The notes beneath the pieces were generated by a model that worked only from the letters and a program-made list of their open reading frames with translations, was not told where the DNA came from and made no database searches. The position numbers and the translations under genes are program-made. A stretch of 64,000 nt of DNA, taken from the NCBI GenBank assembly GCA_015064855.1, contig SVRK01000001.1, forward strand, positions 14,196 to 78,195. Direction: 5' to 3'. Below, one piece after another: positions 1-9,190 of the stretch (the first letter of the stretch is position 1; every line of letters begins with the position of its first letter). This DNA is from Oscillospiraceae bacterium (GTDB lineage: Bacteria > Bacillota > Clostridia > Oscillospirales > CAG-272).

Positions 1-1886
1 ATTCTTCTCTTCAAGCTTCCTATATAAACAGTTGGGAATTTGAAGACACTAACGGGAAAAAGATTGTCCAATATCTTGAAAAGTTCACTCATCCTTTGTT
101 TTACCGTGATTCCGATTTTGGAGTTCTTGTTTCCCCTGCATCAATTTTTAATTCCTATGAGGTGGCAGTTAACATCGGTTTACCCAAAAAATCTATAAAA
201 GGATTGCCTGTTTTTGAATCTGTATCGTTTGGTAGAGATGTTCATTACTTGGAGGCCGACCGTAATACAGCATCTGCCCTTTCACTCGGAAATATATTCC
301 ACATGGGTGAGGAAGACAAACAAACACCAGTTATGCTCGATGTAAAAAGCCTTGCAATGCACACTTTCGTAACGGGTTCCACGGGTTCAGGTAAATCTAA
401 TACGGTTTATCAAATACTGCGTGAATTAGATGGACAAGGGGTTAAGTTCCTTGTTGTCGAGCCCGCCAAAGGCGAATATAAACATATTTTTGGCAATGGA
501 ATTGCAAGTGTTTATGGAACAAACCCTGCTATTACTCCCATTTTGAAAATAAACCCGTTTAGGTTTCCAAAAGGCATTCACGTTTTAGAACACATAGACC
601 GATTGGTAGAAATATTTAATGTTTGTTGGCCCATGTATGCTGCGATGCCAGCAGTATTAAAAGATTCCGTCGAACGTGCTTACGTGTCTGCGGGTTGGGA
701 TCTCACAGATTCCAACAATCGCTATTCTGAAAGTCTGTTCCCAACATTTGTTGACGTGTTAGATGAACTGAATAATGTAATCTCGCAGTCTGCCTTTTCG
801 CAAGAAGTAAAGGATAATTACATAGGTGCCCTTTCAACGAGAATTAAATCATTGACCAATGGTATATATGGTAAAATCTTTGGGAACGACGAAATAGGTG
901 ATGAATCTCTCTTCGATAACAATGCTATTGTTGATTTGAGTCGTGTCGGTTCAGTAGAAACTAAGTCTCTGATAATGGGAATCTTGGTTATGAGACTTCA
1001 GGAATACAGAATGACATCAGGAAAAATGAATGCTGATTTGAAACACGTTACAGTGCTTGAAGAAGCTCATAATTTGCTCAAGCGTACTTCTACAGAACAA
1101 AGCAGCGAGTCCTCTAACCTGCTTGGAAAGTCGGTTGAAATGTTGGCAAACGCAATAGCAGAAGTAAGAACGTATGGAGAAGGTTTTATAATTGCCGATC
1201 AAGCTCCTGGATTGCTTGATTTGAGTGTTATTAGAAACACCAACACTAAGATCATTATGCGACTTCCCGAAGAAGAAGATCGGCAATTGGTCGGCAAGGC
1301 GGCAAATGTGTCAAATGAACAGATTGCGGAGCTTTCCAAACTTCCCACTGGTGTTGCAGCCATATACCAGAATAACTGGATAGAGCCCATACTTTGTCAG
1401 GTGACATACAAGGGTAATGACAATGTATGCTATAATTATTGTCCATCCCAGGGTACTACGATTGAGCATCATCAAAAACAGTCATTGATTAAGGCGCTGG
1501 TCCAGAAGCAAAGTGGCGAAAAAATGGAAATGACCATCGGTGAGCTTGTTAAGATGATTATTAACATGGCAATACCAACGTCAATTAAAATCCAAGCAAT
1601 TAGAGCTCTTAGCAAAAACGGAAGATGTTCTAAGACTGACATAGCTTCTGTGCTTTCCAAACTTGTCTTTACCGCAGAAACCGAGAAACTTTCTCAAGAG
1701 ACAGAATCGCTTGACGAATGGAAAGAAGAGATTGTTTATTCGATTGACTCACCGCTTGACTATCTCGCAGAGGATGATCAGAATCTTGTCATCGAATGCA
1801 TTTTAATCGACCTGATTGCGCAAAAAAGAAGACCACCCGAATACTTAGATCAGTGGCGCAAATACCTTGAAGGGACGGTGATATAA
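1..1886 (+). CDS. HerA/FtsK-like P-loop ATPase (DUF87-type), 5-prime end outside window
   Basis: The frame is open from base 3 up to the listed start at 96, so the gene is cut by the window edge. Walker A is HTFVTGSTGSGKSNTVYQILREL and Walker B is VTVLEEAHNLL. The stop overlaps the next start (TAATG, 1884-1888). Confidence 0.7.
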   Translation, partial: SSLQASYINSWEFEDTNGKKIVQYLEKFTHPLFYRDSDFGVLVSPASIFNSYEVAVNIGLPKKSIKGLPVFESVSFGRDVHYLEADRNTASALSLGNIFHMGEEDKQTPVMLDVKSLAMHTFVTGSTGSGKSNTVYQILRELDGQGVKFLVVEPAKGEYKHIFGNGIASVYGTNPAITPILKINPFRFPKGIHVLEHIDRLVEIFNVCWPMYAAMPAVLKDSVERAYVSAGWDLTDSNNRYSESLFPTFVDVLDELNNVISQSAFSQEVKDNYIGALSTRIKSLTNGIYGKIFGNDEIGDESLFDNNAIVDLSRVGSVETKSLIMGILVMRLQEYRMTSGKMNADLKHVTVLEEAHNLLKRTSTEQSSESSNLLGKSVEMLANAIAEVRTYGEGFIIADQAPGLLDLSVIRNTNTKIIMRLPEEEDRQLVGKAANVSNEQIAELSKLPTGVAAIYQNNWIEPILCQVTYKGNDNVCYNYCPSQGTTIEHHQKQSLIKALVQKQSGEKMEMTIGELVKMIINMAIPTSIKIQAIRALSKNGRCSKTDIASVLSKLVFTAETEKLSQETESLDEWKEEIVYSIDSPLDYLAEDDQNLVIECILIDLIAQKRRPPEYLDQWRKYLEGTVI

Positions 1887-2416
1887 TGAGCAATCCTATG
1901 GGAATTCACGAAACAAAGGAAATAGCTAAGAAAGTTACCGGAGAAGGTACTTCGACTAAGGCCTTTGAAAATACCGGGAAAACCGAAACGCCTCGAAGAG
2001 ATTTACATACAATTAACGAGCATTTGGAAGGAAAAACATACCCCGGTACTGATGTCAAATACGAACGGCAAAAGTTCACTGTTAATGGCGAAAAGGTTGA
2101 GGGAGTGTTTCCAAAATTTGAAAGCAAGTTCGATACTCGATTGCCGCGCGATATGTGGAACGCCTCAGACGATGCGCAGTTTAAGCAATGCACAAAGAAT
2201 TTAGCTCGACAAATTGAGGCAAACCCTGATATGGCATCGAAGTTCACCCCTCGACAATTAGAGCAAATAAAAAATGGTGAACCTCGCATCTCAGGTTTAA
2301 CCTGGCATCACAACGAAAGACCGGGAACAATGCAATTAGTAAATGCCGATACACATAGTACTTGTAGGCATACCGGAGGACGCTCTATATGGGGCGGTGG
2401 CTCCGATTGTAGATAA
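1886..2416 (+). CDS. Free-standing HNH/EndoVII-fold nuclease toxin of the WHH type
   Basis: C-terminal ISGLTWHHNERPGTMQLVNADTHSTCRHTGG matches the WHH toxin nuclease signature. The protein is only 176 aa with no delivery domain. Its ATG overlaps the upstream stop. Confidence 0.75.
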   Translation: MSNPMGIHETKEIAKKVTGEGTSTKAFENTGKTETPRRDLHTINEHLEGKTYPGTDVKYERQKFTVNGEKVEGVFPKFESKFDTRLPRDMWNASDDAQFKQCTKNLARQIEANPDMASKFTPRQLEQIKNGEPRISGLTWHHNERPGTMQLVNADTHSTCRHTGGRSIWGGGSDCR

Positions 2417-2426
2417 GGAGGTTTTT

Positions 2427-2822
2427 ATGAACAATTGGAAATATAAGATTGATATTCAATCTGCATCTGTATTTGATGAAATTGAAAAACAGTATAAAGT
2501 AAAATTTTCAAATGAACTCCGTGAGTTTATTGCCGAGAATAATGGCGCAACTCCGGAAAAGTATCATTTTATGATTGAAAACACCGAAAAGGTATTTGGG
2601 GCAGTCCTGTCTGTAAATCAAGGTGAGTCTGATGTGGATACGATTTACCCTGCGCTTTCTTGTATCGAGAATACAGAAATTGTTCCTTTTGCAATCGATC
2701 CGTTTGGAAACTATATTTGTTATTCCATCACTGATAAGACGGTTGTTTTTTGGGATCACGAGACAAGTGCGGTTTTCTCTTCTGGCAAAAGCCTTAGTGA
2801 ATTTATAGACTCGTTGTATTAA
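2427..2822 (+). CDS. SMI1/KNR4 (SUKH-1) family immunity protein
   Basis: The internal ATG at 2427 is preceded by AAGGAGG (2415-2421). The motif VPFAIDPFGNYICYSITDKTVVFWDHETS is typical of SUKH immunity proteins that follow polymorphic toxin nucleases. Confidence 0.7.
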   Translation: MNNWKYKIDIQSASVFDEIEKQYKVKFSNELREFIAENNGATPEKYHFMIENTEKVFGAVLSVNQGESDVDTIYPALSCIENTEIVPFAIDPFGNYICYSITDKTVVFWDHETSAVFSSGKSLSEFIDSLY

Positions 2823-2846
2823 ATATCTATGGCAGGAGGTAGTCTT

Positions 2847-2894
2847 ATGAAGGCTGCCTCTGTGCCCATTTATGCTATAGGAGATAACGAATGA
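2847..2894 (+). CDS. Candidate 15-codon upstream ORF (MKAASVPIYAIGDNE) coupled to the DUF262 gene
   Basis: AGGAGG at 2834-2839 lies 7 nt before the ATG at 2847. The TGA stop (2892-2894) overlaps the ATG of the next gene (2891-2893). There is no homology evidence. Confidence 0.25.
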   Translation: MKAASVPIYAIGDNE

Positions 2895-4603
2895 GTGAGA
2901 TAGAAGTAGGAATAAAGCTTGAGACAAAACTTGTAGGCTCCATCCAAGGAGACTTTTACATTCCCTCGTATCAAAGAGGATACCGTTGGGGCAAAGACGA
3001 AGTAACACGTCTTTTGGACGATATTTATTCAAACGGTAACAACAATTATTGCTTGCAACCTGTTGTCGTGAAAAGAGACGGCGAAAGATTTGAGTTGATT
3101 GACGGTCAACAGAGATTGACTACTCTTTTCATTTTGCTTCAGTATATCAAAAAGGAATTCAAACCGCGAATTGATTTGAAGTATAGCCTTACGTATGAAA
3201 CCCGCTTGAACTCTGCAACCTTTTTGCAGAACATAGATCCCGCATTGGCTAACGACAATATTGATTATTTTCATATTGCACAAGCTTACCAAACCATCGA
3301 TGAGTGGTTTAGAAAGCAAGACGATGATGTTGTTGCTGCGGACGATGTTTACGGCTATCTTGTAAAGCACGTTAAAATCATCTGGTATGAGGTTGGAGAA
3401 GAAGAGGATGCCATAGGACTATTTACACGTCTGAATATTGGTAAGATTCCGTTAACAAGCGCCGAGCTTGTAAAAGCGATGTTCTTGAGCCGCGATAATT
3501 CCAAGACGATGACTCGTGAAAAACAGGAAGAAATCGCGTTGCAGTGGGACAACATTGAAAAAGAGCTGCACAATAGTAGTTTTTGGGGCTTTTTGTCCGA
3601 TAAGGATTACCAAACAAGGATTGATTTAATTCTCGATCTTATAGCAAACAAGCCATCAAATAGCAAGGATAAGTATTTTACCTTCTTTTACTTTGATGGT
3701 CTAAGAGGTGATCTGGACGCAATATGGAAGAAGATTCAGCATACTTTTCTTATATTGAAAGATTGGTATGAGGATCACAATCTGTACCATCAGATTGGTT
3801 ATTTGATTGCTTCAAAGGATCCTAATTGGACGCTTCAAAGCATCTTTTCTGCCTCCGTTGGAAAGACCAAGACCAACTTTGCCAGTCTGCTCGACGATGC
3901 TATTGCGGACACTATCAAACTTAAGAACGGAAACTATGCCGATCTTAGCTATGAAAAGCCAAATGATTATGCCCGTATCAGCAGACTCTTGCTGCTTTAT
4001 AACGTAGAAACCGTTCGCAACATAGCTGGCAAGTCACAAAGGTTTCCTTTCGACCAGTTCAAGAGCACAAAGGGCGGAGCTTGGAGCTTAGAGCATATAC
4101 ATGCTCAACAATCCGAAGGTATGCAGAAACAAGAGCAGTGGAAAAAGTGGTTAGAATTGCACATTCCTTCTGTTGAATCGCTCCAAATTGATTCTGCAGA
4201 GCTGATTGCTCGCATGAAGGACGCCATCGCCAAAGAGAAACTCGAACGTACTGAATTTGAAGACATCCAAGATGCTGTTGTTGCAGTGTTGTCAGCCGAA
4301 GGAAACGTGGAATTTTTGCATTCCATTGCAAATTTGGCGCTGCTCAGAACAAGTGATAATGCAGCGCTTAACAACTCGACCTTTGACGTTAAGCGGAATG
4401 AAATAATTAAGATGGATAAGGCCGGTCAATATATTCCTTTCTGCACAAGGATGGTGTTCCTCAAATACTATACACCTTCTGCAGATAACCAGCTTCACTT
4501 CTGGGGGCAGGCAGATAGAGTTGCGTATGTTAACGATATCAATAGAGTTCTCGGCAAATATCTTGGCGACAATTTAATTTTGATTGAAAAGGAGGCTGAA
4601 TAA
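2891..4603 (+). CDS. GmrSD-like type IV restriction protein (N-terminal DUF262, C-terminal DUF1524 HNH-like nuclease)
   Basis: DUF262 motifs are YIPSYQRGYRWGKDEV and LIDGQQRLTTLFILLQY. DUF1524-type motifs are GAWSLEHIHAQQ and NLALLRTSDNAALNNSTFDVKRNEI. Confidence 0.8.
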   Translation: MSEIEVGIKLETKLVGSIQGDFYIPSYQRGYRWGKDEVTRLLDDIYSNGNNNYCLQPVVVKRDGERFELIDGQQRLTTLFILLQYIKKEFKPRIDLKYSLTYETRLNSATFLQNIDPALANDNIDYFHIAQAYQTIDEWFRKQDDDVVAADDVYGYLVKHVKIIWYEVGEEEDAIGLFTRLNIGKIPLTSAELVKAMFLSRDNSKTMTREKQEEIALQWDNIEKELHNSSFWGFLSDKDYQTRIDLILDLIANKPSNSKDKYFTFFYFDGLRGDLDAIWKKIQHTFLILKDWYEDHNLYHQIGYLIASKDPNWTLQSIFSASVGKTKTNFASLLDDAIADTIKLKNGNYADLSYEKPNDYARISRLLLLYNVETVRNIAGKSQRFPFDQFKSTKGGAWSLEHIHAQQSEGMQKQEQWKKWLELHIPSVESLQIDSAELIARMKDAIAKEKLERTEFEDIQDAVVAVLSAEGNVEFLHSIANLALLRTSDNAALNNSTFDVKRNEIIKMDKAGQYIPFCTRMVFLKYYTPSADNQLHFWGQADRVAYVNDINRVLGKYLGDNLILIEKEAE

Positions 4604-4605
4604 TA

Positions 4606-6849
4606 ATGAGCACTGCATTGCATACTTTTATGGATATCTTTACTGCTGATTTTGCAATCGATGAAGAAACTGTTGTTCAGCTTCGCAAAATTGTCATACC
4701 GATCATTCAGCGTGACTATGCGCAAGGGCGAACCGACTCGGACGTTCAGAGGGTTCGCAAACGTTTTCTTAATTCATTGCACAAGGCAATAACTGAAAGC
4801 AATATCACGCTTGACTTCGTGTACGGTGACATCGACAAAGATGGAGTAATGACTCCTCTTGATGGTCAGCAACGTCTTACAACGCTATTCCTTTTGCATT
4901 ATTATGCAGCAAAGAAAGAAGGCGTCGCAAAGGAAGACTATTCTTTCTTGATGAATTTCAGCTATGAAACGCGGTATAGCGCAAGAGATTTCTGCGAATA
5001 TCTGGTTGATCACCACGAACCAACATTCACCTGTGCTCTTTCTGAAGAAATTAAGGATCAGGCTTGGTTTCCTTTGGAATGGAAAAAGGATCCTACGATC
5101 AGTTCAATGCTCGTGATGCTTGATGCAATTGCAGATGTATTCAAAGATACGGATGGCATTTGGGAGAGATTAAAGGATGGCGCAATCTCGTTCTATTTCC
5201 TCCCCATCAAGGATATGGGGCTTACCGATGAGCTGTATATCAAGATGAACTCTCGTGGAAAGCCTTTAACTCAGTTTGAACACTTTAAGGCCGAACTTGA
5301 GCACGGACTCCGTGAAATCGATGAGAGCATATCAAAGCGTATTATGCGTAAGATCGATATTGATTGGACGGATATGCTTTGGCATTATAGAGGAACTGAT
5401 AACGTTATCGATGATGAATTTCTCAGATATTTCCGCTTTGTTTGTGATATTATTTGTTATCAAAGCGGTGGCACAACGCAAGGCAAGAGCAATGATGAAT
5501 TCGACCTCCAGAGAGAATATTTTTCAAAGGATACTGAGAATGTGGAGAACAACATCCTCAAACTCGAGAGTTTCTTTGATTGTTGGTGTAACCTTGGCGG
5601 CAAAACACCTACCGAGTTCATTTCTCAGTTCATTTCGTATGATCACGAGCCCGGCAAGATTAAAATCGAAAAAAGGTACGCCCTTGATATATTCGAGGAT
5701 TGTATGAGAACCTATGCAGACGTATCCGGAAACGGAAACAGAAGCTTCCCGTTGAATAGAATTATCCTCTTGTTCGCCATTGTAACCTATCTGCAGAACA
5801 AGGACACTGTAACCGAGGATGAGTTTGCACGTCGCTTGAGGATTGTTAATAACCTCATACAGAATTCCGAAGACGAGATCAGTGATAGTGAGCACAGAAC
5901 CAGTGGTAACAGAATGCCCGCAATTCTTAAGCAGGTTGAGATTTTGATACTTACAGGTACCATTGATACAAGCATCGAAAAATCTTTGAATACCTTCCAG
6001 CTTCAAGAGGAAGTTGAGAAAATAGATTGGGTAATTGCAAATCCTCAGTTCGCCGAGACACTGTACGAGCTTGAAGACCATGAGCTGCTCCAGGGCCAAA
6101 TTGCTATAATTGGATTGGAACATCCAGAGTATTTCCCGCGCTTTGCTGATTTGTTTAAGTGCAAACGAGATCTTATCGATTGTGCTATGATGAGTTTTGG
6201 CAATTACGCGCAGCAAGAAAAGGGCTGGAGACATCAGCTTGGTTCAAGTAACACCAATGCAAAACCGTGGAGAACACTATTCCATAAGAGTTCTAACAAG
6301 GGATTTGACGTTACCAAAGCCATTCTTGCACAGATTCTTGATGTATCAAGCCCTATTACAGATGATTTTCTTCGCGCTTGCGCCGATAAGTACGTAGCAG
6401 ACTGCGAGGTAGCTTCCACATTTGATATCAGATACTACTACATCAAGTATTCTTTGTTCCGCCCTGGTTATTACGGCAAGTACACGTGGGAAAGTCTCCA
6501 GGACAAACCTTACGATCTCGCTGTAATGATTACCGAAACGAAGTGGTCTGAAAATACATACCAACCGTTCCTTAAGGCGGTGGATGATAAGCGTATCTCT
6601 CGCGAGCATTGTGGTCAGAGAATTATTTTCGATGACAGATATCTCAAGTGCGAAAACAATGCTTACGTTGTACGTCTTACAGCAAATGACGCAGAGATAT
6701 ACAGACTTTTAATTTCCCAAAATGAGTCTGGAGTAGACGTTGAAGACCGTATCATAAAGCTTAGAGCAGTATATCAGGATATTTTGTCGCAGCAGTTAGC
6801 TCCGATTCCCGTAGTTTCCGATGATGAATCGGAGGACGGAAATGAGTGA
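4606..6849 (+). CDS. Second DUF262 (ParB-like NTPase/nuclease fold) protein with a large uncharacterised C-terminal region
   Basis: Motifs IPIIQRDYAQGR, PLDGQQRLTTLFLLHYY and YIKMNSRGKPLTQFEHFKAEL. It starts 2 nt after the previous stop. I recognised no DUF1524 motif. Confidence 0.7.
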   Translation: MSTALHTFMDIFTADFAIDEETVVQLRKIVIPIIQRDYAQGRTDSDVQRVRKRFLNSLHKAITESNITLDFVYGDIDKDGVMTPLDGQQRLTTLFLLHYYAAKKEGVAKEDYSFLMNFSYETRYSARDFCEYLVDHHEPTFTCALSEEIKDQAWFPLEWKKDPTISSMLVMLDAIADVFKDTDGIWERLKDGAISFYFLPIKDMGLTDELYIKMNSRGKPLTQFEHFKAELEHGLREIDESISKRIMRKIDIDWTDMLWHYRGTDNVIDDEFLRYFRFVCDIICYQSGGTTQGKSNDEFDLQREYFSKDTENVENNILKLESFFDCWCNLGGKTPTEFISQFISYDHEPGKIKIEKRYALDIFEDCMRTYADVSGNGNRSFPLNRIILLFAIVTYLQNKDTVTEDEFARRLRIVNNLIQNSEDEISDSEHRTSGNRMPAILKQVEILILTGTIDTSIEKSLNTFQLQEEVEKIDWVIANPQFAETLYELEDHELLQGQIAIIGLEHPEYFPRFADLFKCKRDLIDCAMMSFGNYAQQEKGWRHQLGSSNTNAKPWRTLFHKSSNKGFDVTKAILAQILDVSSPITDDFLRACADKYVADCEVASTFDIRYYYIKYSLFRPGYYGKYTWESLQDKPYDLAVMITETKWSENTYQPFLKAVDDKRISREHCGQRIIFDDRYLKCENNAYVVRLTANDAEIYRLLISQNESGVDVEDRIIKLRAVYQDILSQQLAPIPVVSDDESEDGNE

Positions 6850-7027
6850 TACGCAAATTGAATGGGAAAAGCTCACTCCCGAAGAAAAGAAGAAGCAGCT
6901 TTTTCTGAAGCAAAAACAAACGCTTGACACGTTCCTCTCACGGAATGCAATCAGTCAAGTGCAATACGATAAAAGTCTTGGAGATCTCATTGAAAAAATG
7001 GGGATGCAAGATGTTTTTAACGGATAG
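6842..7027 (+). CDS. Small hypothetical protein (61 aa)
   Basis: The ATG at 6842 is preceded by GGAGGA (6831-6836) and overlaps the upstream stop. A terminator hairpin follows. Confidence 0.4.
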   Translation: MSDTQIEWEKLTPEEKKKQLFLKQKQTLDTFLSRNAISQVQYDKSLGDLIEKMGMQDVFNG

Positions 7028-7032
7028 AAAAA

Positions 7033-7060
7033 ACGGGATGCCGCCTCTGCGACATCCCGT
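7033..7060. terminator. Hairpin terminator between convergent genes
   Basis: ACGGGATG (7033-7040) pairs with CATCCCGT (7053-7060). There is a T-run on the minus-strand side and a weaker one on the plus side. Confidence 0.6.
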
Positions 7061-7066
7061 CTTTCA

Positions 7067-7774
7067 TTATTCAGCTACAACACCAATAACACGACCACAG
7101 CAGAAAATGCTGTCGTCTGCCTTCAAAGAAATGGGTTTGTATTTTTCGTTGTGAGAAATCAGCTTGCCATTGCCAAGCTCTTTGACGTATGCATCACCGT
7201 TAATGATGAAAATGCCGATATCACCAACATCGATGGCATCCTGCTTGCACACGTAGATTTTATCACCATCGTGGAAGGTAGGCTCCATACTGTCTCCGCT
7301 GACACTCAGAACGAAGTCGGCCTCTTCAGCTTCAGCGCACTCAGGAACAAAGATGTCGATGGCTTCCTCGCTGTCAAGGAAGGTTCCTGTTCCGGCTGAA
7401 GCAGGCATTGTGTAGTAATCGAGTCTGATAACGCGAGCCTTCTTCTTTTGCGCAGCAGCACAAACAATTTCGTACTCTGTATTGAGAACGTTATTCACTA
7501 CCGTTCTTCCGCGATCGTCCAGAGCACGATACTTATGAATTACACTGATCTCGCTGGTAGAGTAGGCATCGCTTTGGAAACCAAGCAAGGCATCCGGTGT
7601 TACGCCTAAAACGTGGCAGATGGCAGATAGGCGTTCGCAATCGGGTTTAGCTACACCCATTTCCCACGAGGAAACAACACTCGCACTTTTTGCGCCGATC
7701 AGTTTGGCAAACTCACCTTGCGTAAGGTTTTTATTGGCTCTTGCCGCCTTTATTCTTTCTCCAATTTGTTTCAT
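7067..7774 (-). CDS. CI/LexA-like repressor (XRE HTH plus S24 self-cleaving peptidase domain)
   Basis: N-terminal HTH is LTQGEFAKLIGAKSASVVSSWEMG. The S24 motif VLSVSGDSMEPTFHDGDKIYV and the downstream AYVKEL supply the Ser/Lys dyad. Confidence 0.85.
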   Translation of the reverse strand: MKQIGERIKAARANKNLTQGEFAKLIGAKSASVVSSWEMGVAKPDCERLSAICHVLGVTPDALLGFQSDAYSTSEISVIHKYRALDDRGRTVVNNVLNTEYEIVCAAAQKKKARVIRLDYYTMPASAGTGTFLDSEEAIDIFVPECAEAEEADFVLSVSGDSMEPTFHDGDKIYVCKQDAIDVGDIGIFIINGDAYVKELGNGKLISHNEKYKPISLKADDSIFCCGRVIGVVAE

Positions 7775-7804
7775 AGTAGTAAGCCTCCGCTGTTCATTGG
7801 TTAT

Positions 7805-7923
7805 ATTTTATCATATTTAGAATGGAATGTCAAGATAAAATTCCAATTAAAATGTAATTTTGCTGTTGACATTCAAATTAAAATGTAGTATAATATACTC
7901 GTTTCCAATGAAAATGTAATTTT
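7805..7923. promoter_or_regulatory. Divergent promoter region with three 21-bp operator-like repeats
   Basis: Plus promoter: TTGACA (7866-7871), 17 nt, TATAAT (7889-7894). Minus promoter: TTGACA (complement of 7828-7833), 17 nt, TAAAAT (complement of 7805-7810). The repeat TTCMAATKAAAATGTARTWTW occurs at 7841-7861, 7872-7892 and 7903-7923, exactly 31 bp apart; the middle copy fills the plus-promoter spacer. Confidence 0.7.
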
Positions 7924-7941
7924 AAGCAATAAGGAGGCAAA

Positions 7942-9180
7942 ATGTGTCGCACCATTCTGCATTGTGATATGAATAACTTCTACGCATCCGTCGAATGTTT
8001 CAAGAATCCGAAGTTAAAACCGTATCCTGTTGCAGTATGCGGTGAAGTCGAAGAGCGTCACGGAATCGTACTTGCTAAAAACTATAAGGCGAAAGCGTAT
8101 GGCGTTGCAACCGGAGAAGCAATATGGCAGGCGAAGCAAAAATGCCCGGACTTAGTAATTGTGCCTCCGCATTACGACGAGTATATGTCCTTCTCAAAGG
8201 CGGCGCGTGAGATCTACGAGCATTATACCGATCAAGTGGAACCATTCGGTATGGATGAATGCTGGCTTGATTGCACCGGCTCCACAGGAATTATGGGAAG
8301 CGGCGAAAAGATAGCCAACGAAATACGAGAACGCATCAAATTTGAACTGGGGTTAACCATTTCTGCGGGTGTTTCGTTCAATAAAATCTTTGCCAAGCTG
8401 GGCAGCGATATGAAGAAGCCCGATGCAGTAACCGTGATTCCCGAGGATCGCTTCAAGGAAATGATATGGCATCTTCCTGCTTCTGAAATGCTCGGGGTTG
8501 GTAGAGCCACAGAAAAGAAACTGTCGTCATGTGGCATCAGAACGATTGGAGACATTGCAAACTGGCCTGTAGACTTCTTCACACGAAGGCTCGGAAAATG
8601 TGGAACGGATCTGTGGCGTTTTGCAAATGGATTGGATAATAGCCAAGTAATGACTAGGGATACCGAAGTGCCGGAAAAGACGGTAGGACACGGCATCACC
8701 ACACTTCAAGACCTTGAAAGTCCCGCTGAAGTATGGAAAGTAATGCTCGCTCTTTCGCAAGATATTGGGCACCGTCTTTATCTCTTCAATCGGAAAGCGA
8801 CCGGAATTGCCATCGACGTAAGAGACAACCAGCTCTATTTCAAACAATGGCAAAGGAGTATTTCGCTACCCACACAGAGCCCTTCTTGGATAGCAAAAGA
8901 AGCATTTGCTCTGTTTTGTGAAAGGTACGATTGGAAACACCCCATCAGATCGATCACAGTCAGAGCAATCGGGCTTACGTCTATGGATACACCCTCACAG
9001 TTATCTGTCTTTGTAGACGCGGAAAGAATCGCAAGGAGCGAGAAACTTGATGCTTGTATAGAGGATATCCGACGTCGTTATGGAAAAGCGAGTATTATTA
9101 ACGCTTGTCTCTTGGATAATCCAAAGATGCCACAGCATCACGAAAATAAAGTCATAATGCCGACAGGCATACCGATATAG
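7942..9180 (+). CDS. Y-family translesion DNA polymerase (UmuC/ImpB/DinB-like)
   Basis: Motifs ILHCDMNNFYASVECF and SAGVSFNKIFAKLGSDMKKPD. It is divergent from the S24 repressor, as in SOS-type cassettes of mobile elements. Confidence 0.9.
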   Translation: MCRTILHCDMNNFYASVECFKNPKLKPYPVAVCGEVEERHGIVLAKNYKAKAYGVATGEAIWQAKQKCPDLVIVPPHYDEYMSFSKAAREIYEHYTDQVEPFGMDECWLDCTGSTGIMGSGEKIANEIRERIKFELGLTISAGVSFNKIFAKLGSDMKKPDAVTVIPEDRFKEMIWHLPASEMLGVGRATEKKLSSCGIRTIGDIANWPVDFFTRRLGKCGTDLWRFANGLDNSQVMTRDTEVPEKTVGHGITTLQDLESPAEVWKVMLALSQDIGHRLYLFNRKATGIAIDVRDNQLYFKQWQRSISLPTQSPSWIAKEAFALFCERYDWKHPIRSITVRAIGLTSMDTPSQLSVFVDAERIARSEKLDACIEDIRRRYGKASIINACLLDNPKMPQHHENKVIMPTGIPI

Positions 9181-9190
9181 GAGGATGAGT

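Noticed and set aside
5524-6234. Long antisense ORFs inside confident genes. Examples are 5524-6234(-), 10523-11092(-), 13901-14473(-), 14563-15072(-), 19485-20273(-), 21808-22599(-), 23408-23971(-), 27271-27780(-), 39277-39801(-) and 46933-47544(+).
   Set aside because: Each lies fully within, and opposite to, a gene with strong motif or synteny support. None has a convincing ribosome-binding site or a recognisable domain.
7775-7941. A host LexA (Cheo) box, CGAAC-N4-GTTCG, upstream of the Y-family polymerase.
   Set aside because: No such sequence occurs in the intergenic region. The repeated 21-mers are the better operator candidates.
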